From a virus, in UHGV virus genome UHGV-0180039: DNA of 37,605 nucleotides, one strand, 5' to 3'. Of the stretch, positions 1-11,325 are shown piece by piece; positions within the stretch are counted from its first letter, which is position 1; each line of letters starts with the position of its first letter. The position numbers were made by a program, and so were the translations under genes. Below the pieces are notes generated by a model that saw only the letters and a list, made by a program, of their open reading frames with translations, had not been told where the DNA came from and searched no databases.

Positions 1-2400
1 TTATTTTAATATCCATCCGGTATTTCCTGTTCCTGTTTTTTTTTGATACCAATCACCATTATAATCAATGTACATTGACCCCTGAGGTGCGGTCACAACA
101 CCCTCAGGTGAACCGGAGCCTCTATAAATTCCAAAGAGAGTTGTACCTCTTACTTTCTCGTATGCAAACAACAAACCATCTGAAGCCCTTCTGATACGCA
201 ACGGTTCGTGCTCTGAGTCCGATGCAAATGTAGTGGTGCCGTTTGAATCTGTTTCCCTGGAAAAACTTCCATTTGTTCTTGTTCCTTCAATGATCGAATT
301 TGGGTAGTTTGGATCATCAGATGAATGTAACCTAATATATGAACTATTTGATGCTGATACCCCCCTACCCCTTAAAATCAATCCCTTAAATGATGACGTA
401 AATAGTGCCTGGATTGAGCCATAAACAGTGTTATCACTACCGTTTTGCTGATCATATATTCTTAGTCTTGAGCTATTATCATACATAATAGCGTTGAAGT
501 ACTCACCAAGACGTTCGCTAAATGCAACAATATTAAAAGCATTGCGCCATCTAAATGATATATTTCGCCCGCTTTCTCCGGCATCTACACCTGCATTACT
601 TGAAGCATTGGTTATGCCAGAATTAAGGTTCTGCTCATCGTTGTTACCAGTCGCTGGTCGTATAGAGTAAATTGTCTTTTTCTCAAGAGAATAGCTACTT
701 CCCCATCCATAATCTGTATCAGGACTCCAGTCTCCAGAATTTGCATCCTTGGTTGTTTCCACCCAATAAGAGCCATTTGATGGAGGGACACCAATTATTC
801 CAGAAGTCTCAATAGATGATGCAGCCCATCTCCTTCCACGCCAGTTTACAATATTAGCTCCTTCCCTCCATGTTTCTATGCAGCTTATAATTATTTCTTC
901 ACCACGAATAGTTAGACCTTCCGGCTCAAATCTAGCTGGATTCCCAAGAGTTGGATGGTTAAGCAACCCATCGCGCCCATATTGCGACCTTGCATCATCG
1001 ATATCTAATTTTCTTAGTAAATTACCTGTTAAATCATATGTAAAGATATGATGCTTTCCAAAAGCATTAGTGCCTCCCTTAAGTATATGTATATATCTTC
1101 CATCAGACGCAATACCTTGTACAGAGTAAGCACCTTCAGAAGGGGAGTCGCTCATTTCCCATACAAACATTGGGGTTGCTAATGTTTTATCTTCAAGTTT
1201 ATCAATTGAGATTTTATCGTATATAAATACAATTCGTTTGGCGGCATCACTCTTTGGTGTATTAACCATTATTAAAAGACGACCGTCAGAAGAAATGGCA
1301 ATTCCTGCACGATTATAATCTTGAAATGGGTGGCCGCTACCAGTAGCCCCCCATACATTATAACTTTTTACGTCAGACTGAGTAGTTCCTGCTCCTCGCC
1401 AAGTTATTTTACTAAACCCTTTGCCTGCAGACTCCCCATCTTCACCTGAATTGGTTACACTTGATGTATATAAATATACTTGACCATTCTCCACCATTGC
1501 AGAAAGATCAAATCCGTGCCCAAGGTTTAATTCTGGAGAATACGCAACATGGTTTACTACCCTTCCATCATCATAAAGATTAAACTCAACAATACGAACT
1601 CTTTCTTTATCCGACCAGGTTGGCCCAACAGGCCGTTGTGTGACAAATAGTTTTTCAATGCCATTAACACGGCAATATGCGATCCCCTGTAACGCATTTC
1701 TGGCATTAGGATAAATTTCTGTGTTTGTTTCTCCCTGAAAACCAAAAAAAGGTTCCATCATTTTTCTCTGCGCAAGTTTGTCAGTTTCAAGTAGACGAGA
1801 AACGGAAATAAGAGAGCCATTATCTGCAACAATCCTCCCAATACCTCGAGCAGAAGATACATCAACTTCGAGAGTATTTACTGCAAAATCGCCATCAGGA
1901 ACAAACATTCTATAGCCTGCGTTAGAGAATGCCTCAGTAGCGTCAGTTATTCCATCACTGATAGCCCCCCAACCGCGAACATCTTTGTCATCACGCCATC
2001 GTGCAATCTGCAATTCGGGATATTTTTTAGCACCATCCGGGTCTTCTAACTGCTGCCGTAGCTGATCCGGGTCATACTTCAGCACATTATGGAAATAGAA
2101 CTGCTGAGTGCCATATGCATCATATACAGCCATAGAATGGCCTTGAACAGTTACGAATTTGGCAATCTGCCCGTTATATACCGGATATCCAGCAGCGTTA
2201 ATGATGATTGGTTGCGAAACAGGAACATGAGAGCCGTCTTCGTTCTCTACATAAACCTGAATCTGGTTTTCTGGACTTACCGGGTCAGTGTCAATTTTTC
2301 CGATATAAATTTTGCCGTTGGCTACTGCTTTAAAAGAACGCGCCATAGTGAAGAGTTGCGAAGGCATACTCACTACAACATTGGCTGTAATGTCTGTCAT
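1..2400 (-). CDS. Tailspike protein, 799 aa: P22 gp9-like N-terminal head-binding domain joined to a different receptor-binding domain
   Basis: First ~110 aa ([40 protein letters not shown]...[12 protein letters not shown]...VLKYDPDQ) match the P22 tailspike N-terminus from memory; the rest does not resemble the P22 beta-helix. Last gene of the late operon; stop codon is at window position 1-3. Confidence 0.85.
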   Translation of the reverse strand: MTDITANVVVSMPSQLFTMARSFKAVANGKIYIGKIDTDPVSPENQIQVYVENEDGSHVPVSQPIIINAAGYPVYNGQIAKFVTVQGHSMAVYDAYGTQQFYFHNVLKYDPDQLRQQLEDPDGAKKYPELQIARWRDDKDVRGWGAISDGITDATEAFSNAGYRMFVPDGDFAVNTLEVDVSSARGIGRIVADNGSLISVSRLLETDKLAQRKMMEPFFGFQGETNTEIYPNARNALQGIAYCRVNGIEKLFVTQRPVGPTWSDKERVRIVEFNLYDDGRVVNHVAYSPELNLGHGFDLSAMVENGQVYLYTSSVTNSGEDGESAGKGFSKITWRGAGTTQSDVKSYNVWGATGSGHPFQDYNRAGIAISSDGRLLIMVNTPKSDAAKRIVFIYDKISIDKLEDKTLATPMFVWEMSDSPSEGAYSVQGIASDGRYIHILKGGTNAFGKHHIFTYDLTGNLLRKLDIDDARSQYGRDGLLNHPTLGNPARFEPEGLTIRGEEIIISCIETWREGANIVNWRGRRWAASSIETSGIIGVPPSNGSYWVETTKDANSGDWSPDTDYGWGSSYSLEKKTIYSIRPATGNNDEQNLNSGITNASSNAGVDAGESGRNISFRWRNAFNIVAFSERLGEYFNAIMYDNSSRLRIYDQQNGSDNTVYGSIQALFTSSFKGLILRGRGVSASNSSYIRLHSSDDPNYPNSIIEGTRTNGSFSRETDSNGTTTFASDSEHEPLRIRRASDGLLFAYEKVRGTTLFGIYRGSGSPEGVVTAPQGSMYIDYNGDWYQKKTGTGNTGWILK

Positions 2401-2564
2401 TTAATTTTCTCCAGACGTAGCAATGCGGAACAAGATGCAACTTGCCCGGCATTGCATTAATGTAAGTTATGATTTGTTAACTATGAGATGAGTCTATGCA
2501 AAAAGATCTGTTGAATATTGCGTTCTATATATTTGGTTTTTGCACATTTCTGGTGTTTGCAAAG

Positions 2565-4562
2565 CTATTCTGACAACGAATCAGACTTCGCACCCTGCGT
2601 CATGGCGTTAATTGCCTTTTGTGCCTGCTGCATGGTTTTCTCAAACGCTGTTGATCCGCGTGGGGTGTTTGCCATTCGGAGCATTGCATTTCTGAATGGC
2701 TCGCTCTCATAGGCGCGAGTAAGAAGTCCGTAGCTTACTACTGCGCCAGTTGTCGCCGGGTTCATTGCCGTCCCATACCCAATTATGAACGGGATAGTTT
2801 GCTGCCCTGTGGGTGTTGTTACTGCCGCTTTTACAGCCTGCTGCGTGGATTGCAGGTAGTTTTTTAATCCTTTTAGATAAGCAGCGTCCTGCCCCTTAAA
2901 TGTGATGCCAGTCTGGTTTTGCAGGATGTTAAGCTGCCGAAGGAACTGGTCAGGGGATCCGCCAGATTTCTCCATCGCCTTTCCAATGATGCCATTGCGC
3001 ATTTGCGCCCTGCCAACACGACCAACTGAGTTATACAGAGTCTTAATTTCCGATTTGTTCTTGCTGAATAGCATGTTGTTGACAACTTCCGGCGTCAGGT
3101 CGCCTTTCATGAGAACATTCTTCAGCCTGGTATTCTTTAGTTTCTCCGCTTCGTCAGCGTAGACGGCATTGGCCTGCTGATATTTACGGAGAGTATCGTT
3201 GCCAAGATTCTGACCAATGGCACCATTGATATCGTCAGTCATTGCCTTGTAAACGCGCTGAATGGCGGCATCGGAACGGTTTGGTAACACTGGTCGCTCA
3301 CCCTTCACGTCCATTCTGAACTGGCTGCGCAGATCGCTTAATTGCTTCAAATCCAGATTGACCGGACCATCAGGACCAGCATTGCGAACAAGCTCATCAC
3401 GATATGACTGAAGTTTTGAAATCGTCTCGTTATCAGCGACCTTACCAAGCTTCTGCAGGTTAGATATCTCAGTATCAATCTGCTGAATTGCTCGCACAGG
3501 CTGAATGTTGACTCCCGCCATTGCATTCTGAACCTGTTCAAGTCGATTACCTGCAGCACGACGAATTCCTGATGTTTTCGCTTTAAGGCTTTCAATAACA
3601 ACAGCTGGATCATACTCACCGAATTTATCAGCAAATCTCTGCACCAACTGGCTTCTCGCTTCCTGTTGCGTTGCTCTCATTCCGCTTGTGCCAGCCAGAG
3701 GGATATTTTCTGCTGTAGTCTGCGCCATTTTTCCGACGCGGGAAGTAGGTTGTAACAGGTCTGTGGTGTGCAGAGGCACTCCTTCACGCTCTGCAAACCT
3801 GATAGCCTGTTGCGCTTCTGGCGCTATCGCACCACGAACTCCACGATAAGCAGCACCTAATCCACGTCCGGCAGCGTTAATAGCTCCGCCAGCCAGAACG
3901 CCAACGCCTAAGTCGGTGGCTAGTGCTTCCGCATCATCTTTCACACTGTTTGCAGCAAGTGATCCAACTGCGTTTTCAGCGAGAAGGCGAGTTGCACCCT
4001 GAGCAATTCGACCAGCAAGTGTTGGTGCCTGTGTTGCCGCTCTCTCAACGCCGGCAGGAGTGAGGTAAGGCAATGCTTCAGCAAATACCCTGCCCTCTGT
4101 CGTTTGTGGAGTCAGCGCACCTTGCTGAAGGCCAAAGTCCTGCTCTAATCCATGCGTTGTTACTCGTGGCGCTGGTTGATATGTTCCATCGCCAATGCCG
4201 AGTTTACCGCCAGCCCATGCAGCCGCGCTTGTTACAGCATCGGCAACCGATGCAGGTATGTTTGCCACGTTCACGCCAGCCTGCACCAGTCCGCGACCAG
4301 TCTCTTTTACTGCTTCGCCAAGATCAGACATAAATCCACTTTGCTGTGGTTGTTGCTGTGCTACTGGTTGCTGTGTCTCCACTGGCTGCACAGATGGCAA
4401 TGGATAGGCAGCATAGAAAGCTTGCTTAGCCTGCTCTGCATTTTCTCCGGCTTGCGGGGCAACGACTTCATTGAAGTATTGCTCCTGAGCCTGCGCTTTT
4501 TGTTCTGGTGCTAACGCCTGATACTGTGGAGAGGCGATAACATCTTTCCATGCTTTAGCCAT
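2565..4562 (-). CDS. Ejection (internal virion) protein, P22 gp16-like
   Basis: 665-aa ORF in the conserved P22 order 14-7-20-16 before the tailspike; Ala/Gln-rich composition typical of ejection proteins. Confidence 0.75.
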   Translation of the reverse strand: MAKAWKDVIASPQYQALAPEQKAQAQEQYFNEVVAPQAGENAEQAKQAFYAAYPLPSVQPVETQQPVAQQQPQQSGFMSDLGEAVKETGRGLVQAGVNVANIPASVADAVTSAAAWAGGKLGIGDGTYQPAPRVTTHGLEQDFGLQQGALTPQTTEGRVFAEALPYLTPAGVERAATQAPTLAGRIAQGATRLLAENAVGSLAANSVKDDAEALATDLGVGVLAGGAINAAGRGLGAAYRGVRGAIAPEAQQAIRFAEREGVPLHTTDLLQPTSRVGKMAQTTAENIPLAGTSGMRATQQEARSQLVQRFADKFGEYDPAVVIESLKAKTSGIRRAAGNRLEQVQNAMAGVNIQPVRAIQQIDTEISNLQKLGKVADNETISKLQSYRDELVRNAGPDGPVNLDLKQLSDLRSQFRMDVKGERPVLPNRSDAAIQRVYKAMTDDINGAIGQNLGNDTLRKYQQANAVYADEAEKLKNTRLKNVLMKGDLTPEVVNNMLFSKNKSEIKTLYNSVGRVGRAQMRNGIIGKAMEKSGGSPDQFLRQLNILQNQTGITFKGQDAAYLKGLKNYLQSTQQAVKAAVTTPTGQQTIPFIIGYGTAMNPATTGAVVSYGLLTRAYESEPFRNAMLRMANTPRGSTAFEKTMQQAQKAINAMTQGAKSDSLSE

Positions 4563-5863
4563 TAATCACCCCATAGTGAAGAAAAATTACTGCCAGCAGG
4601 AGATTGTTGCCCTGGCGTATTCTGCACCGGCTCCTGGTAATCAAACTGTTTTTTAACAGTGCTCAACTTGCTTTCAAGCTGATTTCGAATCTTTCCGATA
4701 GAGTCACGAAAAGCCTTTTCACTCATTTTGGGACTTAGAGCACCAACCGCATCGGATAATTTTTTACCCTCAGCATCTGAAAGAGCCCCCATCCCCTTCA
4801 GGGACTGCACCATAGGGAGGAAAGTTTGAGCTTTAAAGGTGTCGAGTCTTGCTTCAAAGTTAGCCGCATCAGATCCAGGAACTGTCGGAAACGCTGAGCG
4901 AATACCAACTGCTTTTGAAAGTCCAGGGCTTTGCTCTATCTCGTTGAGAGAATCAAGCGCAGTGCTGAACGTATCAACAGCGCCCTGAGCGGCGGCCTGT
5001 CTGTCAGCACGAGCTATTTCAGCCTTTTGCCGAACATCTGCCTGTTTCTGCTTTAGCTCTTCAAGCTTTAACTGATTGCTTTCTCTGGCTATCTGTCTGT
5101 CCAGAGCCTTTTCTTGTAATTCTGCTCTTTGTATTTCGCGGGAAAGAGCAGCATTCTGTGCGCTGATGTTCTGGCCACGTATCTGGATGTCCTGACCTCG
5201 TGCTGTTAGTGCCTCGCCAGCCTGATTGCTGCGGATTGTCTCTGCCAGCCTACCTCGGTCAATCTCACGACCAGCCATCTTGTCCTGAACATTGAAGTAA
5301 TCAATCGGACCAAGAGCAGCCATCCCAAGGTGATCAACAAACTCACCAAATCCTGAAGGGTTCTGCTGATACATCTGAGCAACGCTGTTAGGGTCAACAC
5401 CGACGCGAGTCAGTTCCTTGGCGTTGTTTTGCAGCCATGATTGCATTGCTTCTGGAGACGAGGCCGCAAGGCGGGCACCAGCTGCTAAGGTGCCGATAGA
5501 ATTGCGCTGGTCTTCGTCTGCCCACTTCATACCAGACTGAATCTTCTCTAATTGACCAGGATATTTGGTCATCAGATCTCGAACCTGCTGCCGATCACCT
5601 GACTGGATGGCTGCCGCATATTCTTTTTGGAATGCAGCATCCGCTTCCTGTTGCTTTGCGGCTTGATATGTTTGAGCGACACTACCCAGTCCCTGCAACG
5701 CCTGAAGGCCGATGTTATTGCGACCTGAACGCTCCATTTCGTTGTTCTGGCGAATATAGGCCAACGCCTCACTTACATCACTTGCCTTTGGCGCATTTGA
5801 GTTTTGCCCACCGATACCAGCAAGAAAACCGCCTGAGTTGATTCCTTGTTTCCAAGTAGCCAT
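4562..5863 (-). CDS. Ejection protein, P22 gp20-like
   Basis: 433-aa ORF in the gp20 position, coiled-coil rich, overlaps the gp16 start. Confidence 0.75.
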   Translation of the reverse strand: MATWKQGINSGGFLAGIGGQNSNAPKASDVSEALAYIRQNNEMERSGRNNIGLQALQGLGSVAQTYQAAKQQEADAAFQKEYAAAIQSGDRQQVRDLMTKYPGQLEKIQSGMKWADEDQRNSIGTLAAGARLAASSPEAMQSWLQNNAKELTRVGVDPNSVAQMYQQNPSGFGEFVDHLGMAALGPIDYFNVQDKMAGREIDRGRLAETIRSNQAGEALTARGQDIQIRGQNISAQNAALSREIQRAELQEKALDRQIARESNQLKLEELKQKQADVRQKAEIARADRQAAAQGAVDTFSTALDSLNEIEQSPGLSKAVGIRSAFPTVPGSDAANFEARLDTFKAQTFLPMVQSLKGMGALSDAEGKKLSDAVGALSPKMSEKAFRDSIGKIRNQLESKLSTVKKQFDYQEPVQNTPGQQSPAGSNFSSLWGD

Positions 5864-5872
5864 ATTCCCACC

Positions 5873-6547
5873 TTAAAACAATGATCCAAGACCACCGATA
5901 ATGCCGCCACCAATAGCGCCAACAGCCGTACCTATTCCTGGCACCACAGAGCCAATCATCGCCCCTGATGCAGCACCGCTCATGGCACCACCCAAGGCTG
6001 ATTGCAGTCCTGATGGTCGGTTAGCATTAGCCGCAGATGCTGCCGCCTGCTGTTGATACAATTGGCTGACGTTGTTAGCGTAGTTCTGTCCGGCATTTGC
6101 CTGACCTGTAAGAGCACCAAGGCCGATATTTGCCAGATTGTTGTAGTTGTTCATCTGACCTGACAGCCAGTTTTGACCGAGTGTAGGTGCGATTGCTGCC
6201 AACTGGTTTCCTGTTGCTGTAGAGCCTAATCCACCAGTTGCCTCTGCTGCTGCCAGACTCTGGTAACGCGCCTGCCCTGCAAGGTCTTTGTACTGCTGGG
6301 AGTTGTAATACTGGTTAAGAGCCTGACCTTGCCCCTGAAGAGAGGAAAGATTCTGCAACTCTGATACGTACTGTTGAGCGAGTGGCGTGAACGGTGCAAG
6401 GTTTTGCATGTTCGTTTGCCACATTTCACGCTGCAGTTCGATACCCTTTTCAGTTGCGCGTGCCTGGGCTTTTGAACCGCCATCACTGCCACCTTTGCAG
6501 TAAACAGCTTTGCTGAGGTGCTTATTGGCAATCTGGAAAATTAACAT
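5873..6547 (-). CDS. Ejection protein, P22 gp7-like
   Basis: 224-aa ORF with Gly/Ala/Gln-rich body and a hydrophobic Gly-rich C-terminus (GAIGGGIIGGLGSLF); gp7 position. Confidence 0.75.
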   Translation of the reverse strand: MLIFQIANKHLSKAVYCKGGSDGGSKAQARATEKGIELQREMWQTNMQNLAPFTPLAQQYVSELQNLSSLQGQGQALNQYYNSQQYKDLAGQARYQSLAAAEATGGLGSTATGNQLAAIAPTLGQNWLSGQMNNYNNLANIGLGALTGQANAGQNYANNVSQLYQQQAAASAANANRPSGLQSALGGAMSGAASGAMIGSVVPGIGTAVGAIGGGIIGGLGSLF

Positions 6548-7004
6548 TCTTTAGCTCCTCGTATTTTGAGCGCGGTAACTGATAAATCGTGATGCCTACA
6601 GGCTTTCCATTGCTGGTATAAGCATCATCAAGGTGACCAACACGGGTAGCGCCAAGCAAACGGATAATTGACCGTCCGTATTTCGTGGTGTCAGGAACCA
6701 TGGTAATGCTGTTAAGGAATGGTGAGTTTTCGAGAAGCCATTTGCAGAATAATCGATGCCCTTGCAGTGCATATTCGCCACGGAATCCGGGGTCATACAC
6801 CGCATGGCATTCAACAACGCTATGCCAGAAGTTACGCACTTCATGAACGCCAGCCAGCACTAATCCTTCGTAGATGCCGAGATATACCGCATCAGGCTTG
6901 ATGTAGTATTTATCTCCACTGTCTACGATATTTCCCGTGTTTGCCGGGTTATTGAGGAATTCTGCAAGCTTCACCGGATTATCGATGAGCTTTATTTCCA
7001 TCAC
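6522..7004 (-). CDS. Ejection protein, P22 gp14-like
   Basis: 160-aa ORF between the tail needle and gp7 genes; similarity to P22 gp14 recalled. Confidence 0.75.
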   Translation of the reverse strand: MMEIKLIDNPVKLAEFLNNPANTGNIVDSGDKYYIKPDAVYLGIYEGLVLAGVHEVRNFWHSVVECHAVYDPGFRGEYALQGHRLFCKWLLENSPFLNSITMVPDTTKYGRSIIRLLGATRVGHLDDAYTSNGKPVGITIYQLPRSKYEELKNVNFPDCQ

Positions 7005-7954
7005 TGCTCCGCAATGATTTTGATGGTTGTGGCAGTAAACGACGCACCATTCGACTGAACGGTTAACGTACTGCCATTTGTGGCAAGAAAGCCGTCTTTA
7101 TCCACACTGAAGAACGTAGCTAACAAGATGTTATCGGTTGTTGTCGCTGAGTTGCGACTGCTTACCAGTGTGTCAGGAACAGAACCTGAAAATGTTAGTT
7201 GCATTGACCTGTTGGCGGTTCCGCTGGGCCACGTCCCGACGATCGACAGCTTGAAGAACAAGGTTTTGTTCTCGTTGAACACAACCATCTTGTTGTTAAC
7301 GGTGTCGAAGAATGGTGCCAACGTGCCGGATGACGGCGTGAGCGTTTTCAGCAGGCTAACAAGGTTGGTCGGCGCTGTCGGGATGGTTACCGATACTCCT
7401 GAGTAAACAACCTCTGATTTCTTGCGCGTGGTGGCATACTCAAGCGCAGATATTCTTGTTGAGTGATCACCAACTGTGCTTTGTAGCGTCGAAATACTTC
7501 CCTCTGCCGCTGTGAGCCTGGTATCAAGTGCGTCGATATCGGTTGTATTCTGAGTTATTCGCGCATCATGGTTTGCTAACTCAGATTCATTGGCAGCAAT
7601 TCGCGTCTCGTGATCAGCCAGCTCTGTTTCGGCAGCCGTAATCCTTGTTTCATGATCTGCAAGAGTGCTTTCCGCTGCTGCAATTCTATGTTCATGATTG
7701 ATGAGAGTTGCTTCAGCAGCTTCAATTCTGGATTCATGGTCTGCAAGGGTGACATCCTGCTCATCATTCTTCACCTGTGCATCATAAGCCCCCTTCCCTG
7801 CTTCGTTGGCCTTGTTAGCCACGTTACCAACATCAGTGCCCTGTGCGATAACGTAAAGCAGATACGACTGCGAGAAGATATTGCGTGGAAGAACTGATGT
7901 ATCGAGCCGCGTAGCCTGGATGATTACTGGCTCATTGAGATTCGAATCAGCCAT
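7001..7954 (-). CDS. Tail needle protein (P22 gp26-like N-terminus, repeat-containing coiled-coil shaft, extended C-terminal domain)
   Basis: N-terminus [43 protein letters not shown]...[13 protein letters not shown] matches P22 gp26; 317 aa versus 233 aa in P22, so a C-terminal knob-type extension as in Sf6-like needles is likely. Confidence 0.85.
   Translation of the reverse strand: MADSNLNEPVIIQATRLDTSVLPRNIFSQSYLLYVIAQGTDVGNVANKANEAGKGAYDAQVKNDEQDVTLADHESRIEAAEATLINHEHRIAAAESTLADHETRITAAETELADHETRIAANESELANHDARITQNTTDIDALDTRLTAAEGSISTLQSTVGDHSTRISALEYATTRKKSEVVYSGVSVTIPTAPTNLVSLLKTLTPSSGTLAPFFDTVNNKMVVFNENKTLFFKLSIVGTWPSGTANRSMQLTFSGSVPDTLVSSRNSATTTDNILLATFFSVDKDGFLATNGSTLTVQSNGASFTATTIKIIAEQ
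7560..7770 (-). repeat. In-frame ~42-bp tandem repeats encoding 14-residue units (xDHExRIxAAExxL) in the tail needle shaft
   Basis: Protein reads [14 protein letters not shown] / [14 protein letters not shown] / [14 protein letters not shown] / [14 protein letters not shown] / [14 protein letters not shown]; DNA periodicity is visible in 7560-7770. Confidence 0.7.
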
Positions 7955-9372
7955 TACTCAATCCTTATCTGGCAGCCAGACAGAGTGACAGGTGACTTCG
8001 TGATAACGCGCAATTTGAATCCGACATTTTTCCTGATGCGCCCGACTCGCTTCCACAAAACGCGTTTGTCGTAAACGAACGGTTCATTCTGCTCAATCAT
8101 CTGCTCACGTCCGTAATTGATGCCGTCAGTGGTTGCAGAGAGAAAAAGGCGGTCGGCGTACTGCGCAACGCCAGTTGACGATTCAACCTCAAAGTCAAAC
8201 ACCCTGGCGTTATCCGCTTTGAACAACGGAGTAAACAGCAGGTGTTCCTGTTGCTTGTCGTACTGACTGCTGATATCGAATTGCAATTTCCCGGTCACCG
8301 ATTCCAGCTTATCGCCGCACGTTATCTGATTTCCTTCGTAAATGAAGTCGATAGCGCGGTACACATCGTCATACAGTCCTGTTTTCAACACACACCATTG
8401 CGGACCATTGGCGCTTGAAGATGCGTCGTAAACAAGAACATGGCGCGGAAGATGGATAATCAGCAGCTCATGCGCATCAAATCGCAGAGACTCCATCACA
8501 CCATCAGCCAGTTCATCAGCAGTGTAGGAGCGTAGTATTTTCTCAATGCTCGCGCTGGCGATTGGTGATACCTGACCAGAGCCGATGATGTACACAGACG
8601 GCGCACCTGTTGCCGGATTGCTGATGAACGCATATGAATCAGAGAATGGCGTTTTGCAGTAAGTCCCGGCAATGCCTTTCTGCACCATCAGCGATGGCTG
8701 AGCGACATACAAAGCAGCACCAACTGTGGTTGCACCAGTCAGGGAGAAATATTCAATCGTCGATGAACCAAAGCAGACGATGAAGTCTCGCCATGTGCCG
8801 ATACCGATGATGCCGTCCGGCTGCGATTCTGCGCGATATTGTGCGCTGTAACGGTCAGGATGCGATTCGTCTTCAAGGTCAGTGATAAACCATGAATCAG
8901 TTCCGTCTTTTGACCACGCATAACGCCCGCGTAAGCGCGTAATGTCACGAACAGAACCTAACTCATACTGCGTGAATCCGCTATCTGTAGGCCAGTTTGA
9001 GACGGTTTTAACCGTGCCATCATAGCGGTATTCGACCAGTTGCCCGTTAACACCTACCGCCTGTGATGTCCGACCATGAGCCATTGATACACGACCACTT
9101 CCGGCAACGTCACCGACTTCACTTTCGCCTTTGTACAGCTTGCCACCACACACGCGATAAACAGCATTCTGCGCCATGTTGTACTCGACGCCGCGCGATA
9201 CACCGTTTACATCAGAGCGTTTGGCAATGCCAGGGAATGAGCGAAGATATCCGCTGCTGTTCAGGATTTCTTTGGGTGTAGCCAGCATATTCACTGGCAG
9301 ATAGTCGATATAGTCGGCGTTTCGAAAGTCTTTTCCGACACCTTTCATAAGCGGAAGTTGCTGAATCGGCAT
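7954..9372 (-). CDS. Tail accessory protein, P22 gp10-like
   Basis: 472 aa; N-terminus [49 protein letters not shown] and C-terminus [17 protein letters not shown] match P22 gp10 from memory. Confidence 0.9.
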   Translation of the reverse strand: MPIQQLPLMKGVGKDFRNADYIDYLPVNMLATPKEILNSSGYLRSFPGIAKRSDVNGVSRGVEYNMAQNAVYRVCGGKLYKGESEVGDVAGSGRVSMAHGRTSQAVGVNGQLVEYRYDGTVKTVSNWPTDSGFTQYELGSVRDITRLRGRYAWSKDGTDSWFITDLEDESHPDRYSAQYRAESQPDGIIGIGTWRDFIVCFGSSTIEYFSLTGATTVGAALYVAQPSLMVQKGIAGTYCKTPFSDSYAFISNPATGAPSVYIIGSGQVSPIASASIEKILRSYTADELADGVMESLRFDAHELLIIHLPRHVLVYDASSSANGPQWCVLKTGLYDDVYRAIDFIYEGNQITCGDKLESVTGKLQFDISSQYDKQQEHLLFTPLFKADNARVFDFEVESSTGVAQYADRLFLSATTDGINYGREQMIEQNEPFVYDKRVLWKRVGRIRKNVGFKLRVITKSPVTLSGCQIRIE

Positions 9373-9381
9373 TTATTCACC

Positions 9382-9843
9382 TCACGTACTCGGATCATCT
9401 TTCTCGATGTAAAACCGATTCCACGTAAACGCGCTTTTGTTACCACTACCGCGAGGCATGTCATTTCGCCGCTCAAGTGGTGGTATTTTGGTTAAAGCGA
9501 TGCAGATTGTCTGATATGCACTGTCAGCAGCGGTAAGGAGAGCGTCTGACGGCTGAATGACGTTATCCATGCACACTTGCACAGCGAGTTTCAAAGCGAC
9601 GCCATCATTTGCCCATGCAGGGATACCTGAATCATCGTCAGGTAACGGCATGATGCCGTTTTCTGTATCAGCAAACTGATACCCAAGCTCGATACCTTTT
9701 GCCTGCCATGCTGCCATCATGTCTTCGAGGTCATTAATGGCATCTTCAATTGCCTGAGGGTCAGCATCTGTCAACGTGGCATTGGAATACAGCCCAGCTT
9801 TTCGTAAAGCCTTTAGAACGAGATCACCCTTCGTTTTCGCCAT
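9382..9843 (-). CDS. Head-to-tail adaptor, P22 gp4-like
   Basis: 153-aa ORF immediately upstream of the gp10 gene in the conserved P22 order. Confidence 0.75.
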   Translation of the reverse strand: MAKTKGDLVLKALRKAGLYSNATLTDADPQAIEDAINDLEDMMAAWQAKGIELGYQFADTENGIMPLPDDDSGIPAWANDGVALKLAVQVCMDNVIQPSDALLTAADSAYQTICIALTKIPPLERRNDMPRGSGNKSAFTWNRFYIEKDDPST

Positions 9844-10012
9844 CTTCTTCCGCCTTAGCCACTTTTTGCTTCGTTGCGGTTTCTTCAGGGGTTTTTACCC
9901 AGCCTTTTTTCAGGTGAGATTTAACTTCTTCGTCATCAACAATGATGTAATCGACAGCAAACTGACCACAGGTGATCATGTTTCCAGGCTTATAGAGCAT
10001 TGTTCGTGCCAT
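9824..10012 (-). CDS. Small hypothetical protein between coat and adaptor genes
   Basis: Track ORF 9824..10051 begins with TTG; an internal ATG at 10012 has a strong SD (GGGAGAAG) and lies just past the coat terminator. 62 aa from that ATG. Confidence 0.4.
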   Translation of the reverse strand: MARTMLYKPGNMITCGQFAVDYIIVDDEEVKSHLKKGWVKTPEETATKQKVAKAEEDGENEG

Positions 10013-10023
10013 TGTCTTCTCCC

Positions 10024-10047
10024 AATAAAAATGGGGCCGAAGCCCCA
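10024..10047 (-). terminator. Intrinsic terminator after the coat gene
   Basis: Minus-strand transcript reads UGGGGC-UUCG-GCCCCA followed by UUUUUAUU, 7 nt after the coat stop codon. Confidence 0.6.
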
Positions 10048-10053
10048 CCAAAA

Positions 10054-11307
10054 TTACTGCCCAGCAATAACGATGCCCGTATATTCAGGAACAAGTACAG
10101 AGCAACCGTACAGAGTGGTGAAACGAGCAGTGGTTGCGCCTTTGATGTGGTCGAAGGCGTAAGACATGATCAGCGTAGCGCCCTGCTCGGTGGTTGCTGT
10201 CATTACCTGTGGACCCTGACCAGTCGGGAACGCCAGTTTGCCGTACATCAGCTCAACAGAACCATCAGCCCAGAACAGGTTAGCAGGTGCTGCGTTCTTG
10301 TTGAGAATGGTGATTGCTGCTGATGCTGCCGGTTTGGCATCGACGTTTGCATATGGACGACTCGCAACATCGGTATTTTCAACAGGGAGAATCTTTGGAG
10401 AGATTGTTACGGTAGTTCCGCTAACAGCCAGAACACGGAATACCTGCGGTTGCCCGGTGGTATCTTTTGTGATCTGGTGTACGGAATTCACACCGGCAAT
10501 GGTGAACGCATCACCAACCTGCAAGCCAGATGCAGATACCGTAATAGTCCCCTGTCGGTTATCAACTGGCATACCATTTGAATCTTTCGCTTCAACCTTG
10601 TGTTCAGGTTGGTCTGATACTGTCAAGGATTCAGCGCTTCCTTTCGGTAATCGACCAGAAATATCGGTCTTGTAGCTATCAAAGGAAGCAACCGGAGGGA
10701 TCTGCGCTTTTTCGTATGCTGTCAGGGTTGCGCCCTGAGCGTAGGCACGGTGACCAAGCTCGCCAGCAAGGTCTTTGTAGTTGAAGGGGTTCCAGAAAGA
10801 GCGACGGTTGATACCCTGAGGTACACCAATCGCCGTCATGGTGGCATCAATATCTGCCGCACCATTCCACAAGGCAAGGCCCCGTGAGCCATTTTCTGAG
10901 GCAGGAATTGCGACCACGTTAGTAGCACGCTGCGTGACCATGGAAATCAGGTCAGAGTCAATCTGTGCAGCAAGGCGCATACCTGCGGCGCGACCAGCTT
11001 CAGTTTTATGTTCCGGGTCACGCATTTCACGCGCATCCAGAGTGTACAGAATGTTTTTCGGCTCCTTGAACACAGAAGGAACAAGGCGCTGAACCAGTGC
11101 TGTAGGCGTTTTGCTGCTGAGATCGAGGCCTTCCTCAATGTTCATGTGGTAATGCTGCGGACGATACAGAACATCACCTGCTCGCTGCATTGCTGTATCA
11201 CCGGGACGGAATTTTTTAGCGTTACGGGAAACTACGCAGGCGGACTCAAAGCCTTCAACGTAGTTTTCGAACATGATTTCAAGGTCTTTTGCTAATTGGT
11301 TACCCAT
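10054..11307 (-). CDS. Major capsid (coat) protein, P22/Sf6 gp5-like
   Basis: 417-aa ORF after the scaffold gene and followed by a strong terminator; order and size fit the P22-like coat protein. Confidence 0.8.
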   Translation of the reverse strand: MGNQLAKDLEIMFENYVEGFESACVVSRNAKKFRPGDTAMQRAGDVLYRPQHYHMNIEEGLDLSSKTPTALVQRLVPSVFKEPKNILYTLDAREMRDPEHKTEAGRAAGMRLAAQIDSDLISMVTQRATNVVAIPASENGSRGLALWNGAADIDATMTAIGVPQGINRRSFWNPFNYKDLAGELGHRAYAQGATLTAYEKAQIPPVASFDSYKTDISGRLPKGSAESLTVSDQPEHKVEAKDSNGMPVDNRQGTITVSASGLQVGDAFTIAGVNSVHQITKDTTGQPQVFRVLAVSGTTVTISPKILPVENTDVASRPYANVDAKPAASAAITILNKNAAPANLFWADGSVELMYGKLAFPTGQGPQVMTATTEQGATLIMSYAFDHIKGATTARFTTLYGCSVLVPEYTGIVIAGQ

Positions 11308-11325
11308 GCTTAATGCTCCGATAGG

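Noticed and set aside
612-794. Short antisense ORFs inside large genes throughout the window (e.g. 612..794, 1557..1745, 2089..2460, 2873..3085, 4073..4514, 12340..12864, 13858..14349, 24558..25007, 33314..33754)
   Set aside because: Each lies inside, and opposite or out of frame to, a confidently identified gene; they lack start context and often have low-complexity translations. Treated as shadow ORFs.
2420-2456. Imperfect inverted repeat (GCAATGCGG ... CCGGCATTGC) upstream of the tailspike start, considered as a terminator
   Set aside because: No U-run follows it on the transcribed strand; at most a regulatory or processing hairpin, not confidently assignable.
5575-5590. tRNA T-loop-like motif (GGTTCGAG on the minus strand)
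   Set aside because: Lies inside the gp20-like coding sequence with no acceptor-stem or anticodon-arm pairing around it.
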